Shown: piece after piece, positions 9,119-17,724 of the stretch
Position numbering within the stretch: the stretch's first letter is position 1
How the letters are laid out: every line of letters starts with the position of its first letter
DNA from: an uncultured Bacilli bacterium
GTDB lineage: Bacteria > Bacillota_I > Bacilli_A > RF39 > UBA660
Reading direction: 5' to 3'
NCBI GenBank assembly: GCA_944363665.1
Contig: CALVUS010000002.1
Location: 1 to 39,363 of the forward strand
Length of the DNA: 39,363 nucleotides
The notes under the pieces: generated by a model
The model's database searches: none
Told to the model about the DNA's origin: nothing
What the model saw: the letters and a program-made list of their open reading frames with translations, nothing else
Position numbers and translations under genes: made by a program

Positions 9119-10438
9119 TTAATTCACTGATAGGCGATATGGATCACTCGAAGTTCCTGTTCCACCAGTAATGCTCACATTAGAATCTAAATAAAAGACA
9201 GGCCTGGCGGCATTACCGCTGCTCGCAATGTTGACGTCCAAGCTGCCGTTGACGCCCACATAAAACATGGCATAACTGCTCGACGAACGAGTAGTAATTG
9301 TCCATTCAAAAAGTCCCATATACATCCAATTATTGTTACGATTTAAACTATTATCATAATCTATTAGATGAGTCATCCAATTTTCAGGACTTGCGGCATA
9401 ACCATAATCACTGGGATACATTAATCCTATTTCATCTGTATATGTTATTGGATTAGATCCGTAGCCAGCATTATTTCTTTCTCCTTCATAAAATTCTTTA
9501 GCTGTATAAACCATATCATCCATGCCACCTAAATGCCATGTTGTTGGTGATACCATATTTGCCCATTTAATATTTATATTACTTAAATAATTTATATAAT
9601 TTGTATTTAAATTTATTTTATTTAGCTCACTTGTTGTCCAATTACTTGAACCACGGTTACTCACACTCGTATCATAATTCCACCTATATGCTGCTATGTT
9701 ACTAGCATTCATGTTACCCTTATAATAACTAGTTTGACTTGAATAAGTTCCCGCATAGTCTCTTCCATCTGTTCCTAACATTTCACTTGTTGTATAATCA
9801 TATTTTATTAATTTAACATTATATGTTTCATCTTTATCATCATCAAATAAGCCTATGATTCGGTATAAGTTATCATTTGGACATGCTGCTGCATCTGAGC
9901 CAAAACACACATAATTATTAGGATTTGCACCACTATACCTATATGAATTATCCCCGGCTTCTTGGCTAGCATTTGTATATGTTCCTACTCCATCATGATA
10001 ATATAAACCATTTGCTCCATCTTCAGTATAAATACTATTAGCTACATAGCAAGCTAAGGAATTGGCTCCGTTATTATTACATATTTTTTGGCCTATTGTT
10101 GGTTCCACATATATATCAAAATACACATAGCACTTATCAGAACTATTAGACTTCATTATTACTTTTTTAGCATCATCATCCCAGGAAAGTGTCCCGCCAT
10201 TTTCACATCTACTTAATGATTCATTAAAAACATAACCATCCTGCGGCCACTCACTTTGAGTTATTTCTTCATAACTACCAGTGCCAGCTTCTGTTTCCAG
10301 CATCATTGTTAAAATATTGGTATTATTTATTTGCTCTGTTGTTTCCTTTATAGCATTTTCTTTTTTATTAGTTATATTAAATATTAATAATCCAGTTATT
10401 ATTGATAGTATGATTATTACTTTTATTTTTTTATTCAT
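9119..10438 (-). CDS. membrane-anchored extracellular protein with a C-terminal lectin-like ...RPVFYL domain; function unknown
   Basis: The likely start is ATG at 10438 (MNKKIKVIIILSIITGLLIF signal anchor), 5 nt after GAGGTG; the ORF-track start at 10462 adds 8 codons. The body is rich in Asn/Gly/Tyr/Trp. The tail WTITTRSSSSYAMFYVGVNGSLDVNIASSGNAARPVFYL...GGTGTSSDPY resembles the W..RS...(N-rich)...VRPA/V ending of Firmicute surface lectin-fold domains. Confidence 0.7.
   Translation of the reverse strand: MNKKIKVIIILSIITGLLIFNITNKKENAIKETTEQINNTNILTMMLETEAGTGSYEEITQSEWPQDGYVFNESLSRCENGGTLSWDDDAKKVIMKSNSSDKCYVYFDIYVEPTIGQKICNNNGANSLACYVANSIYTEDGANGLYYHDGVGTYTNASQEAGDNSYRYSGANPNNYVCFGSDAAACPNDNLYRIIGLFDDDKDETYNVKLIKYDYTTSEMLGTDGRDYAGTYSSQTSYYKGNMNASNIAAYRWNYDTSVSNRGSSNWTTSELNKINLNTNYINYLSNINIKWANMVSPTTWHLGGMDDMVYTAKEFYEGERNNAGYGSNPITYTDEIGLMYPSDYGYAASPENWMTHLIDYDNSLNRNNNWMYMGLFEWTITTRSSSSYAMFYVGVNGSLDVNIASSGNAARPVFYLDSNVSITGGTGTSSDPYRLSVN
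9197..9289 (-). other. compositionally aberrant 93-nt segment (57% GC, A-poor, NNC-codon-rich) within the last 57 codons of the surface-protein gene
   Basis: Counted by hand: 53 of 93 nt are G+C, 17 of 93 are A on the coding strand, and 15 of 31 codons are NNC (AGC GCC GGC GTC AAC GGC AGC GAC GTC AAC AGC AGC GCC GCC GTC). Flanking codons use the normal AT-rich usage. Confidence 0.85.
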
Positions 10439-10460
10439 CACTACACCTCTATTTTTCCCC

Positions 10461-10503
<43 letters not shown>

Positions 10504-10589
10504 GGTTTTAGAATAAAATAATCGCGTTCTTTATTTAGATTATAATATATGGTAAAATTAATTTAATTAGTAATTGGTAAAAATAACCG

Positions 10590-10618
10590 TTGTTAAAAAG
10601 TAAAAAATAAAATATAAT
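10590..10618 (+). promoter_or_regulatory. sigma-A-type promoter of the Y-family polymerase operon
   Basis: TTGTTA (10590..10595), a 17-nt spacer, then TATAAT (10613..10618). Confidence 0.45.
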
Positions 10619-10624
10619 GTAATT

Positions 10625-10636
10625 GAACAAACGTTC
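10625..10636 (+). promoter_or_regulatory. LexA/DinR SOS box (Cheo box)
   Basis: tGAACAAACGTTCg is a perfect GAAC-N4-GTTC palindrome and matches 13 of 14 positions of the Bacillus consensus CGAACRNRYGTTYC. It sits between the -10 element and the GGAGG RBS of a Y-family polymerase gene. Confidence 0.75.
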
Positions 10637-10647
10637 GGAGGTTATTT

Positions 10648-11913
10648 ATGAATGATAATTTATATATAAATAGAAACATTATGTGTATAGATTTAAAAAG
10701 CTTTTTTGCCTCATGTGAATGTGTTGATAGAGGCTTAGATCCTTTTAAAGTGCCATTAGTTGTTGCTAATAGAAAACAAGGAAATGGCGCAATTACTTTA
10801 GCAGTTACACCTTATTTGAAAGCTCAAGGTGTTCCTTCAAGAACTAGACTTTACAACATTCCCGAACATATAAAATATACAATTGTTCCTCCAAGGATGA
10901 AATTATATATTGCCAAAAGCAAAGAAGTGATTGGTATTTATTTAGATTATGTATCTGCTGATGATTTACATGCTTACTCAATAGATGAATGCTTTCTAGA
11001 TGTAACAAATTATTTAAAATTATATAAAAAAACCGACTATGAATTAGCAGAAGAAATATTAACCAAAATATATCAAAAAACTGGGTTAACTGCTACTTGT
11101 GGCATTGGCCCCAATCTTCTTTTAGCCAAAGTAGCTATGGATATTGAAGCAAAAAAATATAAAAACGGAATTGCTAAATGGACTTATGAAGACATTAAAA
11201 CAAAATTGTGGCATATTAGTCCGCTTTCTAAAATGTGGGGTATTGGCAAAAGAATGGAAAAAAATTTAAACATTTTAAACATCTATACTATAGGAGATTT
11301 AGCTAATTATGATAAAAATAAATTAAAAGATAAATTTGGAGTAATGGGACTAGAACTATGGAATCATGCTAATGGCATAGATTTAAGTAAAATAAGTGAT
11401 TATAAAATGCAAGCTAAAGATAAGTCTTATAGTCATTCGCAAGTATTATTCAAAGACTATAATGGTGAAAATATTCGGCTTATCATATCTGAAATGGTCG
11501 ATTTACTAACTATAAGATTAAGAACTAATAATAAACAAACAACAATTATTGGCTTAGGAATAAGCTATTCTAAAGAAATTCAAAGTGGATTTTATCATAC
11601 GTTAAAACTAGATGCTGCAACTGATTCTAATAAAGAGATCAATAAAGTGTGTAATATTATATTTGATAGATACTATAATGATTTACCAATAAGAAAAGTA
11701 AGTATTTGTTGTGGTGGATTAACAACTAAAAAAGGTATTCAATTAAATTTATTTGATGAATATAGTAATATTCAAGAAGAAGCTAAAATAAATGAAACTA
11801 TTGATGGGATAAAAAATAAATATGGTAAAAATAGTTTAATTAAAGCATCAAGTTTATTACCAGATTCAACAGCAATAGAAAGAAATACTAAAATCGGAGG
11901 TCATCATGAATAA
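10648..11913 (+). CDS. Y-family (UmuC/DinB-like) translesion DNA polymerase
   Basis: Catalytic motifs IMCIDLKSFFASCE and AYSIDECFLDVT, plus an HhH (MWGIGKRMEKNL). Paired with a YolD-like gene, as with B. subtilis yqjW-yqzH and uvrX-yolD. Confidence 0.9.
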   Translation: MNDNLYINRNIMCIDLKSFFASCECVDRGLDPFKVPLVVANRKQGNGAITLAVTPYLKAQGVPSRTRLYNIPEHIKYTIVPPRMKLYIAKSKEVIGIYLDYVSADDLHAYSIDECFLDVTNYLKLYKKTDYELAEEILTKIYQKTGLTATCGIGPNLLLAKVAMDIEAKKYKNGIAKWTYEDIKTKLWHISPLSKMWGIGKRMEKNLNILNIYTIGDLANYDKNKLKDKFGVMGLELWNHANGIDLSKISDYKMQAKDKSYSHSQVLFKDYNGENIRLIISEMVDLLTIRLRTNNKQTTIIGLGISYSKEIQSGFYHTLKLDAATDSNKEINKVCNIIFDRYYNDLPIRKVSICCGGLTTKKGIQLNLFDEYSNIQEEAKINETIDGIKNKYGKNSLIKASSLLPDSTAIERNTKIGGHHE

Positions 11914-12229
11914 ATTAGATCGGGGAATGATTAAATGGCAACCTTTTAATTCTTTAATAAATGGCAAATACATAGTAAATAGCATTTTAAAAGAAAAAGC
12001 TAAAATAAGTAAGCCAATTATATCCGATGAAGAGCAAAAAACATTAGAAGAAAAAATTATTGAAGCATACTATTGTCAAAATACAATTACAATTACTTAT
12101 TATCAAAATGGATTTTTATTAAAAATAAAAAGTAAAATAAAAAAGATAGACAATATATATAAAATTATCTATCTTGATGACAAAACGTTACTATTTAAAC
12201 AAATACTAGGAATTGACTTGAGTTACTGA
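11906..12229 (+). CDS. YolD-like accessory protein of the Y-family polymerase
   Basis: 107 aa with the N-terminal DRGMIKWQPFNSL motif typical of the YolD family. The start overlaps the polymerase stop by 8 nt, suggesting translational coupling. Confidence 0.7.
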   Translation: MNKLDRGMIKWQPFNSLINGKYIVNSILKEKAKISKPIISDEEQKTLEEKIIEAYYCQNTITITYYQNGFLLKIKSKIKKIDNIYKIIYLDDKTLLFKQILGIDLSY

Positions 12230-13060
12230 AATAAAATAATAGTTATCATCAGTTCCTTTTTTAAATGTCCACTTATAAGTTTTCAATAAATTTTTATCTG
12301 TAAAATTAGCACTACTAGTTATATTTAAATTACTAGCCAATAATTCTAAATTCATTAAATCACCATATAAATTATAAGTATTATCTACATTATGTGAAAA
12401 ATAACCATATCTTTCATAAATATATATTTCATCACCTTTAGATGATGCTCGTATTAACTCTTGAATTACAAAATCTTGTCCACAATCACAATTATCTTGA
12501 GTAATAATAAATGAATCATTTAAAGAATCATATCTAACTAAAAAATTATTGTAATTTGTCTCAGTATTTGTCACTTCATTAACTAAATTAGCATCATTAA
12601 GTAAAGAAATTGCTGCATTATTAAAATTTTCTTTAGTAATTAGCATATCAGTTACACAATTATTTTTTATAAAGCTATCCAAAACTAAAGTTATTTTTTC
12701 ATTAGTAGTTAATTCAACTGCTGTAAGAGATTTACTATAAAACCTTTTAAGTAAACTGATACTATTAGTGCAATTACTTAAACGAATTTTATTATAAATA
12801 CTATTTATATTATCATCTATTACAATATTTTCTTCTTCTATAACTTCTACAATAGGATCACTTTCATTATTTACACCATAATATTTAAAACCTAAATAAA
12901 ATCCATAAAAAGTATTTCCAAATATATACAATACTAAAATTGTTACTAATATAGTAAATATGATACTTTTATTAAACTTAAAACTTCTTTTTTTATTGTT
13001 TTTAGTATTTCTAAAAACAATCTTTTCTTCTTCATCTTTTAACAAAGGTTCTAAAGCCAC
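12206..13060 (-). CDS. membrane-anchored hypothetical protein (extracytoplasmic Asn-rich domain)
   Basis: Long ORF downstream of dnaI with a single TM helix (IIFTILVTILVLYIF). The probable start is GTG at 13060, 7 nt after AGAGGGTG; the ORF track extends to 13096. No recognisable family. Confidence 0.55.
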   Translation of the reverse strand: MALEPLLKDEEEKIVFRNTKNNKKRSFKFNKSIIFTILVTILVLYIFGNTFYGFYLGFKYYGVNNESDPIVEVIEEENIVIDDNINSIYNKIRLSNCTNSISLLKRFYSKSLTAVELTTNEKITLVLDSFIKNNCVTDMLITKENFNNAAISLLNDANLVNEVTNTETNYNNFLVRYDSLNDSFIITQDNCDCGQDFVIQELIRASSKGDEIYIYERYGYFSHNVDNTYNLYGDLMNLELLASNLNITSSANFTDKNLLKTYKWTFKKGTDDNYYFISVTQVNS

Positions 13061-13124
13061 ATAATCACACCCTCTACTATAAAGATAATAACACATTTTT
13101 ATTTTTTTAAAAAGGTTTTTTTAT

Positions 13125-14024
13125 CTATTCGACATTATTTCTTCTATTAATACTTACAAGTTCAATGTCATCTGTCAATTGCTTAATTCTTTCAATAATT
13201 CTTCGGCTTTTAACTTTATCTTCACTATCTTTGGTTAAAGATAAATGAGTTTCTAATTCTTCAATGTTTAAATTGGAAGTGAAAAATGTTGTCAATTTAT
13301 TATTCATGCGATATTGTAATATAGTTCCTAAAATTTCATCTCTTCCCCAGACAGTTACACTTTCTGCTCCAATATCATCTATCAATAATAAATCCACATT
13401 TTGTAAATAATTCAATTTATCTGCTACTAAACTAAAGTCTTCTTTCATATTTCTTAATAATTCTGGAAAATAGACAATTTCTATTTGAGCATTTTTCTTA
13501 ATTTTTAATTCATTTAATAAAGCCGCAATTAAATATGTTTTGCCACTTCCAAAAGATCCATGTAAATAAAGACCCTTTAAAGTATTAACTTTTTCATATT
13601 TATCATAATATTCTTTAAGCCATTTAATAACTTTTAGTCTTTTCTTATCCGTTATATCAATATCTTTCATTCTGGCATTCTCTAATTCATTAATACTATT
13701 TTCTTTTTCTTTTGTCATTTTATCTAAATCTCTTTGATACTTACATGGAGTATAAATAAATTTAATGCTATCACTATCAACTTTAGGATATAATACATGA
13801 CCAGTTACTTTATTTTTACACATAAAAAGGCCTTGACATTTTTTACAATTGTCTAATTCTTCACAAGTATCCATCAATTTAGTATTGTTTTTTTTTGCTA
13901 AATCTTTTTTTATTTTTAATCTTTTTACTAAAGTACAAAAATCTTTATTCTGCAACGATTCTTGTAAAGCTTTTTCTAAATCATGATCTAAATTTTCATC
14001 TTTATTTAACACTATTTTTTCCAT
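13125..14024 (-). CDS. dnaI: primosomal helicase loader DnaI
   Basis: N-terminal Cys-rich zinc module (CKKCQG...C...C), AAA+ Walker A GSFGSGKTYL and Walker B LLLIDDIG. TAATG overlap with the upstream dnaB-type gene. Confidence 0.85.
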   Translation of the reverse strand: MEKIVLNKDENLDHDLEKALQESLQNKDFCTLVKRLKIKKDLAKKNNTKLMDTCEELDNCKKCQGLFMCKNKVTGHVLYPKVDSDSIKFIYTPCKYQRDLDKMTKEKENSINELENARMKDIDITDKKRLKVIKWLKEYYDKYEKVNTLKGLYLHGSFGSGKTYLIAALLNELKIKKNAQIEIVYFPELLRNMKEDFSLVADKLNYLQNVDLLLIDDIGAESVTVWGRDEILGTILQYRMNNKLTTFFTSNLNIEELETHLSLTKDSEDKVKSRRIIERIKQLTDDIELVSINRRNNVE

Positions 14025-15295
14025 TACTTAAACTCCTTAAATAAACTTTCTAATTCTTCTTTTTCTTCCTTAGTTAGTTCTTCTTTTTCACTTATTTTAT
14101 TAAACCAAACTGGTTCTGGATTTTCTTTTTTCTTGGAAGTTATAACCTTTTTATTAAATTTTTGATTTTCTTTTTCTGCAAAATCCATAGCTTCACTAGC
14201 AGTTTTTAAACCAGCTCTTTTCCACTGTCCAGCGATAGCTTCAATATAAGCTGTCGAAAGCCGATTATTATTTTTTCTTAAAACATAGTCCAGTAAAACA
14301 TTTACAACTGCTGGAGGCATCTCTAAATCAACAATTAATGATTCTATTATTTTTATATCTCTATTTGTTGGCTTTACACCGCGATATTTATTTCTTAAAA
14401 AATCAACGGGATTAATATTTTCAAAAACTTGAATAATTTTTCCGCGCCTAGAATTATCACCAGCAGGTGTTTTTAAATATTCTGGCTGACTGCGATAAAT
14501 AAGAGTTGGTAAAGCACCATTATTAAATTGATACATTTTACGAGCTGCAATTCTCAAATTATTTTTATCAATCATACCATATTCATTTAATACACTACGA
14601 ATAAGTTCCATCATCTTTATTGAATCTATTTTATATACAAAAGCTAATTGATTAATTAAATCTTTAGTTTTTTTATTAAATGCCTTTTCATTAATTATTC
14701 CTTTAGGAATTGAAGAAATAATTAAATCGAAATCAACTTGATCTTGACACTCTATTCCATTTACACTTCTTTCAATGCTTTCCATAACTGGAATATTACT
14801 AATTGGTTCATATACTTCATCAATCTTTTTAGTAATTTCTGTATAATCCTTAGTATCAATCTTTAATTTTTGATAAATCTTTTTTAAGTATTCATATTCA
14901 GTTACTCCAATATTATTATAAAGAACTATATTTAATATAGGATGCGCAAAAAATTCACTAGGTGACAAAGGTGAATAAATCTCATAAATATAATTATTGA
15001 CATCACCAGTTTTAACAAATGATTTTAATAATCCAGTTGCTTCTAAAGATTCACGTGCTTCTTTAATTGCACTTAAAGGACACTTTAAAATACTTAATAA
15101 ATGATGATGATTAAATTCACGAGATATTTGTTTACTTTCTTCTAAATCGTTCCAAAATATTAAATAAAGGCTTATTGCCAAATGACCTATTATCGGTTCA
15201 TAAAAAGTAATTAATATTTTTTTATCAAAATCTGTTAAAATACTTTTATTTAAAACTACATATCTATCAGCAGGTAAAAGAGTAAGACTTTCCAT
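14024..15295 (-). CDS. dnaB: replication initiation and membrane attachment protein (B. subtilis DnaB type, not the helicase)
   Basis: DnaB_2/DnaD-like C-terminal repeats (YIEAIAGQWKRAGLKTASEAMDF) and the conserved dnaB-dnaI operon. The likely ATG start at 15295 follows GAGGTG. Confidence 0.8.
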   Translation of the reverse strand: MESLTLLPADRYVVLNKSILTDFDKKILITFYEPIIGHLAISLYLIFWNDLEESKQISREFNHHHLLSILKCPLSAIKEARESLEATGLLKSFVKTGDVNNYIYEIYSPLSPSEFFAHPILNIVLYNNIGVTEYEYLKKIYQKLKIDTKDYTEITKKIDEVYEPISNIPVMESIERSVNGIECQDQVDFDLIISSIPKGIINEKAFNKKTKDLINQLAFVYKIDSIKMMELIRSVLNEYGMIDKNNLRIAARKMYQFNNGALPTLIYRSQPEYLKTPAGDNSRRGKIIQVFENINPVDFLRNKYRGVKPTNRDIKIIESLIVDLEMPPAVVNVLLDYVLRKNNNRLSTAYIEAIAGQWKRAGLKTASEAMDFAEKENQKFNKKVITSKKKENPEPVWFNKISEKEELTKEEKEELESLFKEFK

Positions 15296-15331
15296 AAACC
15301 ACACCTCTAAAATAATTATATCATCATTTAT

Positions 15332-15718
15332 TTAATTATTAAATCTTAATAAATATCCGTCTGGATCTTGAATTAAAAATTCTTTGTCTTCATAAATTTT
15401 ATCATTAACTCTATACTTATCAATTTGTAATTTTCTATAAATTTTAACATTATTATTTATTAACTCATCATAAAATTTATCAATATTTGAAATTTGCATA
15501 CTTATATTTATACCTCTACCAAAAGGGTATTCTAATTGTCCTACATACCAATTATCATTTATTTGCTCTATCATTATTTGATTATTTTCTAATTCTAAAA
15601 AGCAAAACTTATCTTCTTTTCTTTCATATCTAACTATAAAACCTAGTTTTAAATAAAAACTTTTACTAATTTCTATATCAGTAACACTAAGTTCAGGAAT
15701 TAAACTATTAAATTTCAT
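15332..15718 (-). CDS. VOC-family protein (glyoxalase/bleomycin-resistance fold)
   Basis: 128 aa with two beta-alpha-beta-beta-beta modules and a C-terminal ...FLIQDPDGYLLRF typical of glyoxalase/bleomycin-resistance family proteins. Confidence 0.7.
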   Translation of the reverse strand: MKFNSLIPELSVTDIEISKSFYLKLGFIVRYERKEDKFCFLELENNQIMIEQINDNWYVGQLEYPFGRGINISMQISNIDKFYDELINNNVKIYRKLQIDKYRVNDKIYEDKEFLIQDPDGYLLRFNN

Positions 15719-15765
15719 ATAATCACCACATATATTATAACAAAAAAAAGAACTGTTTGTTCCTT

Positions 15766-16185
15766 TTATTCATAACCATAAGTTACATAATTAACTATAC
15801 TTCCTTCAGTAATACTATAATCAGTAATTGCAAAATTATTTTCTTCGTCAAAATATATAGTTTTATCATCTTCTTTAATTTTTTTATAATAAGTATTCAA
15901 TATTTCTTCAACTTCTTCTTTTAATACATCAACATCCTTAAATGATGCAAAAGTAGTTCCGTATGCACAACATGTTTCTACATAAATTAAATCAGCTGGA
16001 ATTTTTATCAAAGTATTTTTAGCATTTCCATCGGGAGCATTTCCTAAATCATATTCATAATACCCTGTAGTATTATATAATTTTAATCTTTCAATTTCAT
16101 TATTTATTTTAAATATTTTAATTAAAAGTACTCCCATTATCACTAGCAAAATAAATATTATTATAATTAAAACTTTTTTCTTCAT
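15766..16185 (-). CDS. small membrane-anchored hypothetical protein
   Basis: ATG at 16185 lies 6 nt after AGAGG and gives MKKKVLIIIIFILLVIMGVLLI..., a signal anchor. The ORF-track start at 16251 would overlap dacA. Confidence 0.5.
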   Translation of the reverse strand: MKKKVLIIIIFILLVIMGVLLIKIFKINNEIERLKLYNTTGYYEYDLGNAPDGNAKNTLIKIPADLIYVETCCAYGTTFASFKDVDVLKEEVEEILNTYYKKIKEDDKTIYFDEENNFAITDYSITEGSIVNYVTYGYE

Positions 16186-16219
16186 AACAACCTCTAATAC
16201 TATTATACCAAAAAATTTA

Positions 16220-17383
16220 TTATTGTTTAAGAATTGTTTTACCTGCACCAATTATTTTGATATTTCTAATTAAATAATCAAGTAAATTTGCCTTTTTTAT
16301 TTCTTTTTTTACTGTAACATTTACTTCATCTATTATATTTCCTTCAGCATCAATTATTTCCGCACTTCCTACGATATCTCCGGGTTTTACAGGTGCTTTT
16401 ATTTTATTTACTTTTAAATTAAATTTATAAGTTTCTAATTCTTGAGTGTTTTTTAATAGCTCTGTTGCATCCTCTAAAAGTACAATTTCTACAAAATCTT
16501 CTTTGCCTTGTTCCACTCTTACTTTCCCTAATACTTCATCTTTAGTTTTAATAGTATTTATTTTATAAGTATTAAAACCATAATTTAACATTTTTACAGT
16601 ATCACTACTTCTAGATTCAGTTGATTCCTCACCCATTACTACTGATATAAGTCGAAAATTATCTTTTTTTGCTGTTGCTGTAAGACAATATCCAGCAGTT
16701 GTTGTATATCCAGTTTTAAGGCCATCTACTCCATCATAGAATCTAACCAATTTATTTGTATTAACCAACCAAGTTTTTGTTCCGTCATTTTTTTCTAAAT
16801 ATTCTTCATATATACTTGTATATTCTAATATCTTTTCATGTTTTAAAAGCTCCATAGCTATAATTGCCATATCTCTTGCAGTTGAATAATGTCCCTCAGC
16901 ATCTAAACCATGCGCATTGACAAAATTAGTATTACTTGCCCCTAGCTCTTTAAAACGTTTATTCATCATTTCCACAAATTCATCTTGTGATCCTGCAATT
17001 TTTTCTGCCAATGCTACAACAGCATCATTTCCACTAGCAACAGCAACACTTTTTAATAGTGCATCAACTGTGTAAACTTCTCCAGCTTTTAAAAATACTT
17101 GACTACCTCCCATATTTGCTGCTTCTTCACTTATCGTTACTTGATCATCTAAACTCAAATTTCCATTATCAATTGCTTCCATAATCAAAAGCATACTTCC
17201 TATTTTAGTCATCGATGCAGGAGCTAATTTTTCATCTACATTTTTTTCAAACAAAACTTTGCCAGTAGCATTATCAATTAATATAGCACTTTTAGCTCCT
17301 GGTGCATAATCTTCTGCAGCTTTAGCATTACTTATAAATAAACAAAAAGCCATAATAATTAGTAAACATCTTTTCAAACTCAC
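16220..17383 (-). CDS. dacA: D-alanyl-D-alanine carboxypeptidase (PBP5-type, peptidase S11)
   Basis: Signal peptide, SMTK (SxxK), SGN (VASGNDAV) and KTG (LKTGYT) motifs, plus the PBP5 C-terminal beta domain. The start may be TTG at 17377 (AGGTGA + 7 nt) rather than GTG at 17383. Confidence 0.9.
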   Translation of the reverse strand: MSLKRCLLIIMAFCLFISNAKAAEDYAPGAKSAILIDNATGKVLFEKNVDEKLAPASMTKIGSMLLIMEAIDNGNLSLDDQVTISEEAANMGGSQVFLKAGEVYTVDALLKSVAVASGNDAVVALAEKIAGSQDEFVEMMNKRFKELGASNTNFVNAHGLDAEGHYSTARDMAIIAMELLKHEKILEYTSIYEEYLEKNDGTKTWLVNTNKLVRFYDGVDGLKTGYTTTAGYCLTATAKKDNFRLISVVMGEESTESRSSDTVKMLNYGFNTYKINTIKTKDEVLGKVRVEQGKEDFVEIVLLEDATELLKNTQELETYKFNLKVNKIKAPVKPGDIVGSAEIIDAEGNIIDEVNVTVKKEIKKANLLDYLIRNIKIIGAGKTILKQ

Positions 17384-17424
17384 TTCACCTACTAATTATT
17401 ATGACTCTTTTTTAATATTATTAC

Positions 17425-17724
17425 TTAGTAATTAATTATCTTTTTAATTTGCTTATATATCTGATTAATATCATCTATTAAAAGTAAATTTTCCAAATCT
17501 TGCTTTTTTTCTAAAATATGTAATTTAGATTCTAAACCTACTAATTTAATTTCAATTTTTTTTATCATATTACCAATATAACTTTTTGATACTTTATAAT
17601 TGTCAGCAATTTCTTGCAAAGTTAAATTTTCTTCATAATATAATGCAAAATAATTTCGTTCTTTATCGGTTAATAAACTACCATATAAATCAAATAGTAA
17701 ATTATAATAAACAAATTTTTCCAT
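17425..17724 (-). CDS. ylxM: YlxM/UPF0122 putative HTH protein
   Basis: 99 aa with a sigma-70 region-4-like HTH (LTLQEIADNYKVSKSYIGNMIKK). TAATG-coupled to ftsY, as in the B. subtilis ftsY-ylxM-ffh arrangement. Confidence 0.8.
   Translation of the reverse strand: MEKFVYYNLLFDLYGSLLTDKERNYFALYYEENLTLQEIADNYKVSKSYIGNMIKKIEIKLVGLESKLHILEKKQDLENLLLIDDINQIYKQIKKIINY

Noticed and set aside
12206-12229. 24-bp 3'-end overlap of the convergent YolD-like and membrane-protein genes, considered as an antisense regulatory feature
   Set aside because: Short convergent overlaps are common in compact AT-rich genomes, and no structure or signal was seen beyond the overlap itself.
10648-13096. Y-family polymerase/YolD pair considered as part of a prophage or ICE (as with uvrX-yolD in SPbeta)
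   Set aside because: No integrase, recombinase, phage structural genes, att-like repeats or tRNA flank was seen. The neighbours are dnaI/dnaB and housekeeping genes.
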